A stretch of 64,000 nucleotides of DNA, taken from a virus. The DNA lies in the IMG/VR virus record IMGVR_UViG_3300023313_000006, positions 11,324 to 75,323 of that record; one strand, 5' to 3'. Positions 29,427 through 39,447 of this stretch are shown in pieces. A model generated the notes under the pieces. The model was not told the origin of the DNA. It searched no databases and saw only the letters and a list, made by a program, of their open reading frames with translations. Each line of letters opens with the position of its first letter. The first letter of the stretch is position 1. Made by a program: the position numbers and the translations under genes.

Positions 29427-32267
29427 ATGATTCACGGTGAATTGAGAGGGCAAAACGTCCACGTTCCATATTCGTTTGAGTTTGCTAATTTGGCTGCCAG
29501 AGACGCAGCAACGGGTTTCGTTGTAGCGGACGAAGGGAAGTTTTGCCGTGTTCTCGACACAAACACAATCTACATGCTTGCTTCTTCTGCTCCTGTTACA
29601 TGGGTTTCGATTGCGTCCAATTCATCGACTGGTTCTACAAGTGTTATTTCTTCTGGTGCTACGTTCCCAACAGCTCCGGTTAGTTGGGAATTGTTTTATA
29701 GAACAGATTTAGATAACGTTTTTGTTTGGAACCCATTATCGTCTGCTTGGGTTGACGTAACAGCAGCAAACGTGTCTGGCGATATGTTCAAGGCAACGTA
29801 TGATCCAAACAACGTTTCTGGTGATACTTTTGCTATGGACAACATGACACAAGGAACGGTCAATTTCTTTGTGTCTGCTACAGAAAAAGCAAAAATCGCT
29901 GGTTCCGAACAAGTTGCGAACAAGGGTGTTGCTGGTGGTTATCCGTCACTGGACGCGAATGGTGAAGTTGCTCAACTTCCTGCTGGTGCTTCGGCTGCTG
30001 CCGTTGGTACGTTTTTGAGACAGGATGGCCAATGGGTCAACGTATCTAGTGGGACAAGTTCTGGAATTCCCAATTTCACTCAAGCACAAATCAACGCACT
30101 AACGCCAGTTGACGGTCAAGTTGTTTATAATTCGTCAACAAGTGCGCTACAATTTTACTCCGCTTCTAAGGGTGCGTGGATCGTTGTCCCAAGCACAATC
30201 AAAAAAACACAAATCGTCACAAGCAATCTTGTGTTAGACAGTGCTTTTCACCAGCACATATCTGTTAGCGCATCAACTTCACCAATCACAATCACCGTTC
30301 CCGATCCAGCATCAAACGCCGGTGTCGAATTTTCAATCACAGCAATTGATTTGACGAACACGATCACCGTTAGCATTCAGAATGGGTTGCTAGACGGCGT
30401 GAATGTTTTTTCGTTTGTATCACCATATGATTCGATCACGATTGTTTCAAACGGCAATCAGTGGGTCACGACAAGTTCAAACATCAAAGATTTAGATGTT
30501 TCGTCTGCTCCGGTCGATCTAACTAGAGTTTATGATATGATTCGCCAAAACATCTACAATACTGGTATCAACACGTTTAGGCTAATGGCAAGCACGTCAT
30601 TGAACACAACTACTATTTCTGGTGGATTTGTTGACGATTATGTGACGACGAACTATATCGACAATGTTGTGTCGTCCTATGGTTACAATCCCGGCAATTC
30701 GTTTTTGACGAACGGCAACCAAGACCCGATTTTTCACAACGCGACAGTTTTTGAACCGACCGTCCCAACACAACACAACTTCGCTAATGTTCAACCAAAC
30801 GAAATCATGGGCGCATCGTTTGTTATTCATGGGACGAAAGTAATCACAAACATCAAAATTCCAATTTTCAATTGGTCCACCGCGACAAATGTGTGGTCAT
30901 CTACTGGAACAGGAACGTTAGATTTCTTCATTTGTGCTATGCCGGCTGGAATGAGCATTGGTGCTGCTACAGATAAGCCGCTTCATGCTTACGCTTCTGA
31001 CCCAGCAAATCACTTGTTTTCAAAAACATTCACAGAAGGCGAATTGATCAATTTGTTGTCTGACAGACAATCATTCAACTTCACTGGTTTGAATTGGCTT
31101 GATGTGCCGGTCGCTTTGCCGTTCATTCTTAGAGACGGCGAGTATTTCTGGGGAGTTAGAGACAACGGGCTACCGGCTCAATCTGGCGCAGCCGTAGGTA
31201 TAGGTTATTATCTACAATCAAGCGGATATGAAGTTGGGCACTTGCTACAAATCTTCCCGTTGACGACTCTAAACAACACCTTTTCAGCACCGTCAATCAT
31301 TTCTTGCCAAACGACAACGTCACCATCTGTTCTTGACGACAACCCATTGAAAACGTTGAATTCTACCGTCGCTATTGGCATTCGCGATGTAACGTATGAT
31401 GGAGAAATTGGTATCACATTCAGAGTGTCCGACTATTGTACGGTCGATTCGGTCGAATTGCCACTATGCGCTACATGGAATCATCCGGTTCCAAATTCCG
31501 CTAGTGCTGGTGGATTGCGCATAGCCATTCAACAAGTCGAGTATGGTTCAATGGCAGCGGGAACGGCTGTTGCTTATGCTTATTCGTCCGCATCGAGAAC
31601 AGCAACAAACATTGTTGAAAAAACGTTGACTGGCGTTGATTTTGGTAACATCTTCTCGACAACGTTAATGTTCCCATCCGTTTCTTTGGCAGCATCGCAC
31701 TTTCAAACCGGTGGTCAAATGTTCGTGGTGAATTTCACTCCATCTGTTCTAGCGCCCGGTGAATATGTCATCACGATTGACACAAGAACAAATCCGTTCA
31801 CCGCTGGTGAATTTGTTGAATTGATTGCTAGTAACGACCCCTCCCAATCAGCAACATTGTCAAAAATGTTGAGAATTGGAACAGGCAACACTTTACAAAA
31901 GACAGAACACCCAATTTTCCGTGTTATTGGTTCATGGGACGGCGGAACAAGCAACGTTGTCGTCGAAAGCACAGCACAAACAGCAGCAACAGCACCGACG
32001 GAAATCTATGCTTCATTCGTCATTGACGATTATATCGACATCATCAATGATATTGCGGTTAGTGTTAGTCGAGATAATGGCACAACATGGACGCGAATTA
32101 ACAATTTGTCGGCAGTGAACAACAACGCTTCTATTGCTGGAACAAAAATCATCAATGGTTTCGCTAGTGTGACATCACAACCAACGGGAACGCAAATTCG
32201 CTACAAGTTTGAATCGTTTAACGGCGCAGCCGTAAAAATTCATGCTTCTAGCGTACAGTGGAACTAA
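29427..32267 (+). CDS. Large modular fibre/virion protein
   Basis: Mosaic of fibre modules: GDMFKATYDP, GYPSLDANG, VYNSSTSALQFY, VSRDNGTTW. Confidence 0.7.
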   Translation: MIHGELRGQNVHVPYSFEFANLAARDAATGFVVADEGKFCRVLDTNTIYMLASSAPVTWVSIASNSSTGSTSVISSGATFPTAPVSWELFYRTDLDNVFVWNPLSSAWVDVTAANVSGDMFKATYDPNNVSGDTFAMDNMTQGTVNFFVSATEKAKIAGSEQVANKGVAGGYPSLDANGEVAQLPAGASAAAVGTFLRQDGQWVNVSSGTSSGIPNFTQAQINALTPVDGQVVYNSSTSALQFYSASKGAWIVVPSTIKKTQIVTSNLVLDSAFHQHISVSASTSPITITVPDPASNAGVEFSITAIDLTNTITVSIQNGLLDGVNVFSFVSPYDSITIVSNGNQWVTTSSNIKDLDVSSAPVDLTRVYDMIRQNIYNTGINTFRLMASTSLNTTTISGGFVDDYVTTNYIDNVVSSYGYNPGNSFLTNGNQDPIFHNATVFEPTVPTQHNFANVQPNEIMGASFVIHGTKVITNIKIPIFNWSTATNVWSSTGTGTLDFFICAMPAGMSIGAATDKPLHAYASDPANHLFSKTFTEGELINLLSDRQSFNFTGLNWLDVPVALPFILRDGEYFWGVRDNGLPAQSGAAVGIGYYLQSSGYEVGHLLQIFPLTTLNNTFSAPSIISCQTTTSPSVLDDNPLKTLNSTVAIGIRDVTYDGEIGITFRVSDYCTVDSVELPLCATWNHPVPNSASAGGLRIAIQQVEYGSMAAGTAVAYAYSSASRTATNIVEKTLTGVDFGNIFSTTLMFPSVSLAASHFQTGGQMFVVNFTPSVLAPGEYVITIDTRTNPFTAGEFVELIASNDPSQSATLSKMLRIGTGNTLQKTEHPIFRVIGSWDGGTSNVVVESTAQTAATAPTEIYASFVIDDYIDIINDIAVSVSRDNGTTWTRINNLSAVNNNASIAGTKIINGFASVTSQPTGTQIRYKFESFNGAAVKIHASSVQWN

Positions 32268-32555
32268 ATGGCTTTTCCGTTAAACGCAACTGACGGCGAT
32301 TTATACACAAACCCAAGCACGGGACAGACGTTTGTTTATAATGCCGGTGCGTGGATGTTGTATGTTCAGCAACCAAACACAACGACCATCGACGCACCAG
32401 TTGTAAGTTCTTCACCAAACATGACAATAGTCGCAGGAGAACAAACAGGTTTGCCTTATATTTCCGTCAACGGGACAAATGAACGATTGATTTTGAAAAG
32501 TGAACTAGACGGAACGAAATATGATACAGTTGAAATCAACGCAGGATATTTTTAG
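32268..32555 (+). CDS. Small virion protein
   Basis: MAFP..ATDGD.Y....TFVYNAGAW motif. Confidence 0.6.
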   Translation: MAFPLNATDGDLYTNPSTGQTFVYNAGAWMLYVQQPNTTTIDAPVVSSSPNMTIVAGEQTGLPYISVNGTNERLILKSELDGTKYDTVEINAGYF

Positions 32556-32564
32556 GAGAACAAA

Positions 32565-33356
32565 ATGGCAATTCATCCGAATACAATTAGAATCAAAAGA
32601 TCAGCAACAACAGCCACGCCTCCGCTTCTAGCGGAGGGAGAACTCGCCTATTCGGAGGCTAGTGGCAATCTGTTCATCGGTACTGCTGGCGGGAACATTC
32701 AGGTTATCGGTGGCAATACTGCTATCACAAAATTGAATGGGATTGAACCCGGAGCAACCGCTGACCAGACACCAGCAGAAATCCTTGCTGCTCTACTAAC
32801 AGTCGATGGTGCTGGTTCTTTGCTTGACGCAGATACGCTCGATGGTCATCAAGCAACGGATTTCGCTCTTGGCACTGACTTAGCAAACTTCATCCCAGCT
32901 TCCGAAAAGGGTGCCGCTAATGGTGTAGCAACACTAGACGCGAATGGTCACGTTCCTACAAGCCAAATTCCTGCTTTGGCAATCACTACACCGAATGTTG
33001 TAGCGAATCAAGCAGCCATGCTTGCTTTGACAAACGTTCAGGTTGGCGATGTTGCTATTCGAACGGATTTGAACAAGTCATTTATGCTTTCTGATACCGA
33101 CCCAACAGTTCTAAGCAACTGGGTTGAGATTTCGGCTTCCGGACAAGTAACGTCTGTAAATGGGCAGATTGGTGTTATTGTTTTGACTGCTGCTGACGTA
33201 AATGCCGATGCGGCTGGTTCAAGTGCTGCTGTTCAAGCAAACTTAGACGCACATATCGCTAACACAAACGATCCACACGGCACTTTATCGTTAATGAATT
33301 CGACGTTGGTTAGTTACATCAAAGATGGCGATGAATTAGATGGAGGTTCGTTCTAA
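32565..33356 (+). CDS. Fibre protein with IKRS...L..GELA N-terminal (gp36/37-like junction) motif
   Basis: IRIKRS...PPLLAEGELAY; KLNGIEPGATADQT; LDADTLDG. Confidence 0.7.
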   Translation: MAIHPNTIRIKRSATTATPPLLAEGELAYSEASGNLFIGTAGGNIQVIGGNTAITKLNGIEPGATADQTPAEILAALLTVDGAGSLLDADTLDGHQATDFALGTDLANFIPASEKGAANGVATLDANGHVPTSQIPALAITTPNVVANQAAMLALTNVQVGDVAIRTDLNKSFMLSDTDPTVLSNWVEISASGQVTSVNGQIGVIVLTAADVNADAAGSSAAVQANLDAHIANTNDPHGTLSLMNSTLVSYIKDGDELDGGSF

Positions 33357-33941
33357 TTGGCGATCAAGCGTGTTGATTTGACAGTCAAACGTTCTAGCGT
33401 TGCTGGAACAATTCCGTCTGTTTTGAAAAACGGAGAACTTGCGGTCAATACAGCAGACGGCAAGTTGTTTGTTGGTGATGGAACAACAGTCATCGATTTG
33501 ACCGAAATCGATCATGCCACGATTCAAGACCAAAGACCGCTTGGTGAAGATGGTGGAACTTCATTCGATAAAAAGTGGAATGTTCGGACAGTCAACACAA
33601 TTGTTCATGGCGACAACATCGTTTCTCTTGTTGGCGATGATTTCAAGCTAATTCCGGGAGAATATCTAATCGAGATCACTGCTCCAGTCGAAGAAGCGGA
33701 TGAACACAAACTTAGATTATTTAACGAAACACAAGGATTTACTGTAATAGAAGGCCCAAATTTCAGGACAGAAAAGGTTGGGTTTGCTCGTTGTTGTGGG
33801 ACGGTTGTATCAAATGGAACCGATTTGTTTGAAATTCAGCATTATACGAAGAAGGGCGAAGATCGACACGGGCTTGGTAAGGCGATGAAAGTTGGTTCGT
33901 TTGAAGTCTATACCGAAGTTTCAATAATCAAGGTGAAGTAA
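33357..33941 (+). CDS. Fibre protein with KRSS..G..P..L..GELAVNTADGKLF motif
   Basis: T4 distal-fibre-like N-terminal motif. Confidence 0.7.
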   Translation: MAIKRVDLTVKRSSVAGTIPSVLKNGELAVNTADGKLFVGDGTTVIDLTEIDHATIQDQRPLGEDGGTSFDKKWNVRTVNTIVHGDNIVSLVGDDFKLIPGEYLIEITAPVEEADEHKLRLFNETQGFTVIEGPNFRTEKVGFARCCGTVVSNGTDLFEIQHYTKKGEDRHGLGKAMKVGSFEVYTEVSIIKVK

Positions 33942-34451
33942 ATGTCGGCTATTGATATTCCATTGGTGTTGAAGAAAAACTATCCAACAGCAAAGTGGGG
34001 CGGTTCTGCTGCTACTTACGATTTACTTGTCTGGAAAGACACAACAATTCCTAAACCAACTTTAGCAGAACTTCAAGCACAGTGGAACGTTATCGATCTG
34101 GAATATGCTAAAATGGATAAAATTAAAGAATTGTCCGATGCTTGCGAAGCAGAAATCCTTGGTGGGTTTCAATCATCCGCGCTCGGTACACCATATTGGT
34201 ATGGTGGAACTCAAGAAGATCAACTGAATTTGATCGGTGTTGTTGCTTCTGGACAACCTTCACCGTTCTCCGTCAAGAAGAATAAGACGGACATTCAGAA
34301 AACTTACATCAATCATACTGCTGCTCAACTACAACAAGTGATGTATGACGGCAAAATGTTCAAGCTACAACTACTACAAAAATTCAATAATTTGAAAGAT
34401 CAAGTTCTGGCTGCGACTGACATTCAGACAGTTCAGTCTTTCGTGTGGTGA
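33942..34451 (+). CDS. Fibre chaperone (XkdW/DUF4376-like)
   Basis: W....IPKPT.AEL; AC...I..GF.S.ALG...Y....DQ.NL; HTAAQL.QV. Confidence 0.7.
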   Translation: MSAIDIPLVLKKNYPTAKWGGSAATYDLLVWKDTTIPKPTLAELQAQWNVIDLEYAKMDKIKELSDACEAEILGGFQSSALGTPYWYGGTQEDQLNLIGVVASGQPSPFSVKKNKTDIQKTYINHTAAQLQQVMYDGKMFKLQLLQKFNNLKDQVLAATDIQTVQSFVW

Positions 34452-34455
34452 TCTA

Positions 34456-35166
34456 ATGTCTATTAAGCAAACAGTTGGTAGCATGGCAATCATTCATGCC
34501 GATATCGGAGAATGGTACACTGGGCAAGCGACGAAATTCAGCGCCACCATTCTAGATATGTCAACAGGAATAGAATCGCCTGTAAACATACCTTTCGTTG
34601 AGCATAGAGCAGGCGATTATACGCTCGAAATTTCCCCAGTTGCTGGACAATACACAATCTACATCTTCAATCAAGAATTATGGGCTGGTCATAAATCGGT
34701 ATCTTTGGAAATGGTTAGCCCCACCGTTTCTACAACAAGTTCTGGCGGAACAGGCGCAACAGCAGCGGAAATTCGAGCAGAAATTGACGCAAACAGCACC
34801 AGATTAAAGACTATTTTTGATAGAGTGACGAAACTGCCGGTCGATCCGGCATCTGAAACAACACTTGCTACAATTAGAACAGATATAACAAATATACCTT
34901 CTAACCCATTGCTGGACAATGACACCAGATTGAACAATTTGGACGCACCAATAAGTTCAATGGCAGACAAAACAACAATCGATTTGATAGCAACCGACGT
35001 TGATTTCATTCGCAACATGGCGGCTGGTTCATTCGAAATCGTGAACAATCAAATCATATTCTACAAGACAGACAATGTTACTGAAATTGGAAGAATCAAC
35101 ATGATTGATTCTAGCGGCAATCCGACGACGAATCCGGCGAACGCCAGCAAGAGGACAGTTGTGTGA
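34456..35166 (+). CDS. Hypothetical virion protein
   Basis: LP.DPASE, RL.NLDA.ISS motifs. Confidence 0.6.
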   Translation: MSIKQTVGSMAIIHADIGEWYTGQATKFSATILDMSTGIESPVNIPFVEHRAGDYTLEISPVAGQYTIYIFNQELWAGHKSVSLEMVSPTVSTTSSGGTGATAAEIRAEIDANSTRLKTIFDRVTKLPVDPASETTLATIRTDITNIPSNPLLDNDTRLNNLDAPISSMADKTTIDLIATDVDFIRNMAAGSFEIVNNQIIFYKTDNVTEIGRINMIDSSGNPTTNPANASKRTVV

Positions 35167-35309
35167 TTTTTTCTGCTCACATCATATTCGGCAACACAGC
35201 AGTTGCTTCGAATGGTTGGGGTTGGTCGATTCACCAATCAGCAAACATGCTGCGCATCAAAAGAATTGCTATGGAAAATAGATTTGTTTTTGTTAGAGAA
35301 GAATTATGA
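35163..35309 (+). CDS. Small ORF (48 aa)
   Basis: GTGA overlap upstream and ATGA overlap downstream; below the ORF-track cutoff. Confidence 0.5.
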   Translation: MIFSAHIIFGNTAVASNGWGWSIHQSANMLRIKRIAMENRFVFVREEL

Positions 35310-35440
35310 TTCGTTCGAGGAAAAAATTAGTCAAAAACGACAACAGGCGCGATTACATTAAACCAGACAAGCGAATAAATAATATAAGCGACGAAAATAG
35401 AAAAAGTGTCATCATGGAAAAGAGGTTCAACAAGGCATGA
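35306..35440 (+). CDS. Small basic ORF (44 aa)
   Basis: ATGA overlaps at both ends. Confidence 0.5.
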   Translation: MIRSRKKLVKNDNRRDYIKPDKRINNISDENRKSVIMEKRFNKA

Positions 35441-35706
35441 TTCAGTATATCAAAGACCCGAACGCAAAACTTGATTATGGATGGGATTGGTCGGAATGGC
35501 TGAACGGTGACAATATCGTTTCTAGTACCTTCACTGCTTCTTCTCCAGACATCAACATCGTTTCGTCAACAAATTCTTCGTTCGACACGACAGTTTGGTT
35601 GTCTGGTGGTGTCGTCGGACAAAAATATACAATAACAAATCACATCGTGACAGCAGCGGGCAGAGAAGATGATCGTTCGTTTGATGTGAAAATTCAGAAT
35701 CGATGA
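35437..35706 (+). CDS. Fibre-tail adaptor-like Ig-fold protein
   Basis: KDPNAKLDYGWDWSEWL, VWLSGG..G..Y...N...T..GR...RS. Confidence 0.7.
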   Translation: MIQYIKDPNAKLDYGWDWSEWLNGDNIVSSTFTASSPDINIVSSTNSSFDTTVWLSGGVVGQKYTITNHIVTAAGREDDRSFDVKIQNR

Positions 35707-35921
35707 CATTGTTAGAAATCATAAGGAAATACAGACTAATAAGCGTTTTGTTCGTTTTATTTTCTTGTGTTTTGGCCTACAATATAACAATGTGGTTCAT
35801 GGGACTAGACAACCCAAACAACAGCCAAAGCGCGTTTGCTTCCGCAGCAGTGCTAGCATTGATCGGGATTGGTAAATACTGGATGGAAACAAAAGCGAAC
35901 GACAACAAAGGGGATGATTGA
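35703..35921 (+). CDS. Two-TM membrane protein
   Basis: Two hydrophobic helices. Confidence 0.6.
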   Translation: MTLLEIIRKYRLISVLFVLFSCVLAYNITMWFMGLDNPNNSQSAFASAAVLALIGIGKYWMETKANDNKGDD

Positions 35922-36484
35922 TGCTTAGTATTTTGGGTTCATTGGTTAGTGGTGGCTTGACTGGAATTTTGGGAACCGCTTTAACCGGCATTCTTAGTTA
36001 CTTCAAACGCAAAGAAGAAAACAAATTAACAATCGCTCTCAAGAAAGAAGAACGCGAAACGATGAAGCTGAAAAGCGATCTCGATTTGAAGAAGATTTCT
36101 TTGTTGAGCGAAACAAAACTAGCCGGAATACAAGAACAACAGGCTGCCGCGATCAAAAAAGAAAGTTATGCGAACGACAAAGCAACTTACGCATCTTCAA
36201 GAGCAAGAGACAGCAAATGGCTGGTGTTTGTTGATTTCTTGCGCGGCATCATTCGTCCTACTTTGACAATTTATCTAATTATATTGACGACCTTCGTTTA
36301 TATGGAAGCGAGTGACATTGTTTCTGCTATCGGTTACGAAAGATTCGAAGCAGCGAAAGCAATAGCAATCGTCGAAGAAATAACAGCAACAATTCTCTAT
36401 CTAACAACAACGTGCGTTTCATGGTATTTTGGTAATCGCTCGCTAGAAAAACACGACCTAAAATTGTATGGTGACAAAAAATGA
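35918..36484 (+). CDS. 3TM holin-like protein
   Basis: RGIIRPTLT...SWYFGNRS. Confidence 0.65.
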   Translation: MMLSILGSLVSGGLTGILGTALTGILSYFKRKEENKLTIALKKEERETMKLKSDLDLKKISLLSETKLAGIQEQQAAAIKKESYANDKATYASSRARDSKWLVFVDFLRGIIRPTLTIYLIILTTFVYMEASDIVSAIGYERFEAAKAIAIVEEITATILYLTTTCVSWYFGNRSLEKHDLKLYGDKK

Positions 36485-37653
36485 CAGCATTTTCAACGAT
36501 TGAAGATTTGAGAGGCTATTGCTTTAGACAACTCGGTTCGCCTGTAATCAACATCGAGGTCGATCACACACAGGCATATGATAGAATCGAAGATGCTATC
36601 AATTATTTCACAGAGCGCCATTATGACGGTGTTGAACACATCTATTATCATAAAACGATCAAATACGCTGACGAAGTGAATGGTTATTTTTCCGTTCCGC
36701 CAGAATATAGCGCCATGATCGAAGTGATGAATTTATCAAATCAGAGCACGTCAATCGATAACTTGGACAACTTCCAATTCAATATGCGAATGAATTTGAA
36801 CGAAGAAATGATGCGCGGTAGCACTAGCAACATTTCCGAGTATTTTATGAGCATGAGCCATTTGAATTTAATCAATGATATTTTATCAAACGACAAGAAC
36901 TTTGACTACAATTCGACCACAAACATTTTGCGTCCACGCTGGAAATTGTCATCGGTGGGTTCAAGCAATTTATTGAAGTCGCCAACAAATTTTGCCACAC
37001 AAGATTGGACATTGGTCAACTGTTCGTCCGAAAGTAGTGTTGCTGACAGCATTGGTGGTTCTTCTGCTGTTAGAATCACGACAAATGCTGCTGGTTCGTT
37101 TTCCGTTTCACAAACAATTCCATCCAAGCGTTATCTATTGGGCGATTATTCCGCAAGATTAACATTGATGTCCGAAACGTTCGCTGGAAATGTCACTGTA
37201 ACGCTATCAGATGGCTCAGGATCAATTTTTGGGACACTGACCATACCCAACCAGCAGAAATGGAATGAAAGCGTTTTAGAGGCCAAATTTGACGCCACAG
37301 CGACAAATGATCTTGTTTTGACAATTTCCGGCACTGCTACAGTAGCGGGCGAATCGCTGGTGTTGTTTTCTCCGTATGTGTATATGAATAACATCATTGT
37401 TCTGAATGGTTATAGAGAATTGATGGAAACCGACGTATCGCTATTAAACAATCGCTGGTTGCGCGAATATGCTACAGCAATGATTAAGCTACAATGGGGC
37501 AACAATCTCAAAAAGATGAGCGGCGTTCAAATGGTCGGTGGCATCGAATTGAACGGCCAACAAATTTACGATGAAGCGAAAGAGGAAATTCAAACACTGC
37601 GCGAAGAATTTACCATGAATTATCAAGAGCCGGCTATTGGTGGGTGGTTCTAG
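36481..37653 (+). CDS. gp13: Neck protein gp13 with inserted domain
   Basis: LG.PVINIEVD..Q..DRI.DA, WLREYATA..K.QWG.NL.K..G....GG..LNG. Confidence 0.95.
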   Translation: MTAFSTIEDLRGYCFRQLGSPVINIEVDHTQAYDRIEDAINYFTERHYDGVEHIYYHKTIKYADEVNGYFSVPPEYSAMIEVMNLSNQSTSIDNLDNFQFNMRMNLNEEMMRGSTSNISEYFMSMSHLNLINDILSNDKNFDYNSTTNILRPRWKLSSVGSSNLLKSPTNFATQDWTLVNCSSESSVADSIGGSSAVRITTNAAGSFSVSQTIPSKRYLLGDYSARLTLMSETFAGNVTVTLSDGSGSIFGTLTIPNQQKWNESVLEAKFDATATNDLVLTISGTATVAGESLVLFSPYVYMNNIIVLNGYRELMETDVSLLNNRWLREYATAMIKLQWGNNLKKMSGVQMVGGIELNGQQIYDEAKEEIQTLREEFTMNYQEPAIGGWF

Positions 37654-38294
37654 TGGCAATCAACCCATTCATCATCACCAACACGAAGTGGAACACCAAC
37701 GAACAAAAACTCTTACATGATATTGTAACAGAAGCAATCCAGTTCGCGGGCGTTGATTTGACATATCTACCGAGAACGATGTCAAACGAAGATACATTGT
37801 TCCACGAAGCGACTGAATCGACGTTTTCGACCTATTATGTCATCGAAGGTTATCTAGACACATTTGAATCGTTTGAAGGTGATGGCGACATGCTTAGTGG
37901 TCTCGGTTTGACGATCAAAGATCAAGCATCAATTCACTTTGCGCAACGACGATTCAAAGCAGTGACAGGAAAAAATCTGCCAGTTGAAGGCGACTTGATC
38001 TATCTACCAGAAGCAAAAAGCATCTTTGAAATCAAGTTCGTTCAAAACGAAGATCAATTCTACCCACTTGGGACACTACCGTCATTCAAATTGAAATGTG
38101 AAAAATTTGAATATTCCGGCGAAACGTTTAGCACTGGCATTCAGGTTCTTGACAATCTTAGTTTGACAGCAGTTGATTCTGCTGGTGACAACGTTTCCGT
38201 TCCGGCACAATCGAACAGCACCAACATTGATATTCAAACAGAAGCAGATTCTTTCTTGGATTTCAGCGAATCAAACCCATTCGGTAGGGCGTAA
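37653..38294 (+). CDS. gp14: Neck protein gp14
   Basis: EQ.L...EAI...G....YLPR, P.EGDLIY, FSESNPFG. Confidence 0.95.
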   Translation: MAINPFIITNTKWNTNEQKLLHDIVTEAIQFAGVDLTYLPRTMSNEDTLFHEATESTFSTYYVIEGYLDTFESFEGDGDMLSGLGLTIKDQASIHFAQRRFKAVTGKNLPVEGDLIYLPEAKSIFEIKFVQNEDQFYPLGTLPSFKLKCEKFEYSGETFSTGIQVLDNLSLTAVDSAGDNVSVPAQSNSTNIDIQTEADSFLDFSESNPFGRA

Positions 38295-38296
38295 CA

Positions 38297-39031
38297 ATGC
38301 TAAACGGAGTTCCATTTTATTTTTCGACTATCAGAAAGGTTGTTGTTGGCGTCGGTGCGATGTTCAACAATCTTCATTTGGTGTCTGGCGGCAAAGACAT
38401 CAAAGTTCCGCTAGCATACGCAGCAAGAGAAGCATATTGGTCGAAACTTAGAGAACAAGATTCGACCGGCAATGTGTTGACCGAAACAACGCTACCAAGA
38501 ATGTCATTTTTTATGACAGGTGTTGCTTATGATGGGGAAAGACAAAAACACAAATTGACGAATCGTAGCGTTCAAAGCACGACCAACCCAAACAACGTTT
38601 TTTCCCAATTATCACCGGTGCCATACGATTTGAATTTTGAAATCAATATATACACAAGAGAAATCGAAGATTCACTACAGCTAATTGAGCAGATTTTGCC
38701 AACATTCACACCGTCATATAATTTGACGCTTAATTTGATTCCACAAATGAACGTGGTTCAGGACGTGCCGGTTGTTCTCAACGACGTGTCAATGGAAGAT
38801 AATTTTGAAAGCGGATTAGACGAAAATCGCTTGACGACGTGGACACTTTCTTTGGTTGCTAAAACGTATCTGTTCCCGGCGATTAAAGACACTGCTCGAA
38901 TTTCAAAAGCGACAATTTCCGAATATGTGGAACCGTCAATGACGACTCAACTACAACAAATTGGCATTGCCGTTGTTCCTTCAACAGCAACACAAACAGA
39001 CCCACATAACATCACGACGACGATAACATGA
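38297..39031 (+). CDS. gp15: Tail sheath stabilizer/terminator gp15
   Basis: FY..TIRK, KVPLAYA, LPRMSF, PVPY, EQILP.F.P. Confidence 0.95.
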   Translation: MLNGVPFYFSTIRKVVVGVGAMFNNLHLVSGGKDIKVPLAYAAREAYWSKLREQDSTGNVLTETTLPRMSFFMTGVAYDGERQKHKLTNRSVQSTTNPNNVFSQLSPVPYDLNFEINIYTREIEDSLQLIEQILPTFTPSYNLTLNLIPQMNVVQDVPVVLNDVSMEDNFESGLDENRLTTWTLSLVAKTYLFPAIKDTARISKATISEYVEPSMTTQLQQIGIAVVPSTATQTDPHNITTTIT

Positions 39032-39447
39032 ACAAGATAGAAGAAACGCTCGGACTAGCAGAATTTGAGGACGAAGAAAAGACGGCAGTGATGCGCGTTC
39101 AAACGCCAGTGCCGATCAGAGAAAAAAATTCAAAGAAGCCAACCAAACAAGACATCATCGACGACTACAACTATTCGCGCAAAACGCTAACGACGGTTAT
39201 CGATGCCGGAATGGAAGCATTGAACGGAGCATTAAACTCTGCTGCTGAAAGTGGACACCCACGAGCCTACGAAGTTGCTTCTAGCATTATGAGTCAATTA
39301 TCGAATGCTGCCAAAGATTTGTTGGCTTTGAGTGAAACGGCCAAAAAATTATCAGACATTGACGAAGGCGATTCACAAAAACCCGGATTTGTCGGCAGCA
39401 CCAAAGAATTGTCCAAGTTATTGAAAGAAACCGATGAAAAAAAGTAA
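39028..39447 (+). CDS. gp16: Terminase small subunit gp16
   Basis: DY.YSR, HPRAYEV, FVGST.EL. Confidence 0.95.
   Translation: MNKIEETLGLAEFEDEEKTAVMRVQTPVPIREKNSKKPTKQDIIDDYNYSRKTLTTVIDAGMEALNGALNSAAESGHPRAYEVASSIMSQLSNAAKDLLALSETAKKLSDIDEGDSQKPGFVGSTKELSKLLKETDEKK

Noticed and set aside
18164-35166. Diversity-generating retroelement or invertible fibre cassette
   Set aside because: No RT or invertase in the window, and no adenine-specific TR/VR pair seen; the paralogy is diverged and at protein level.
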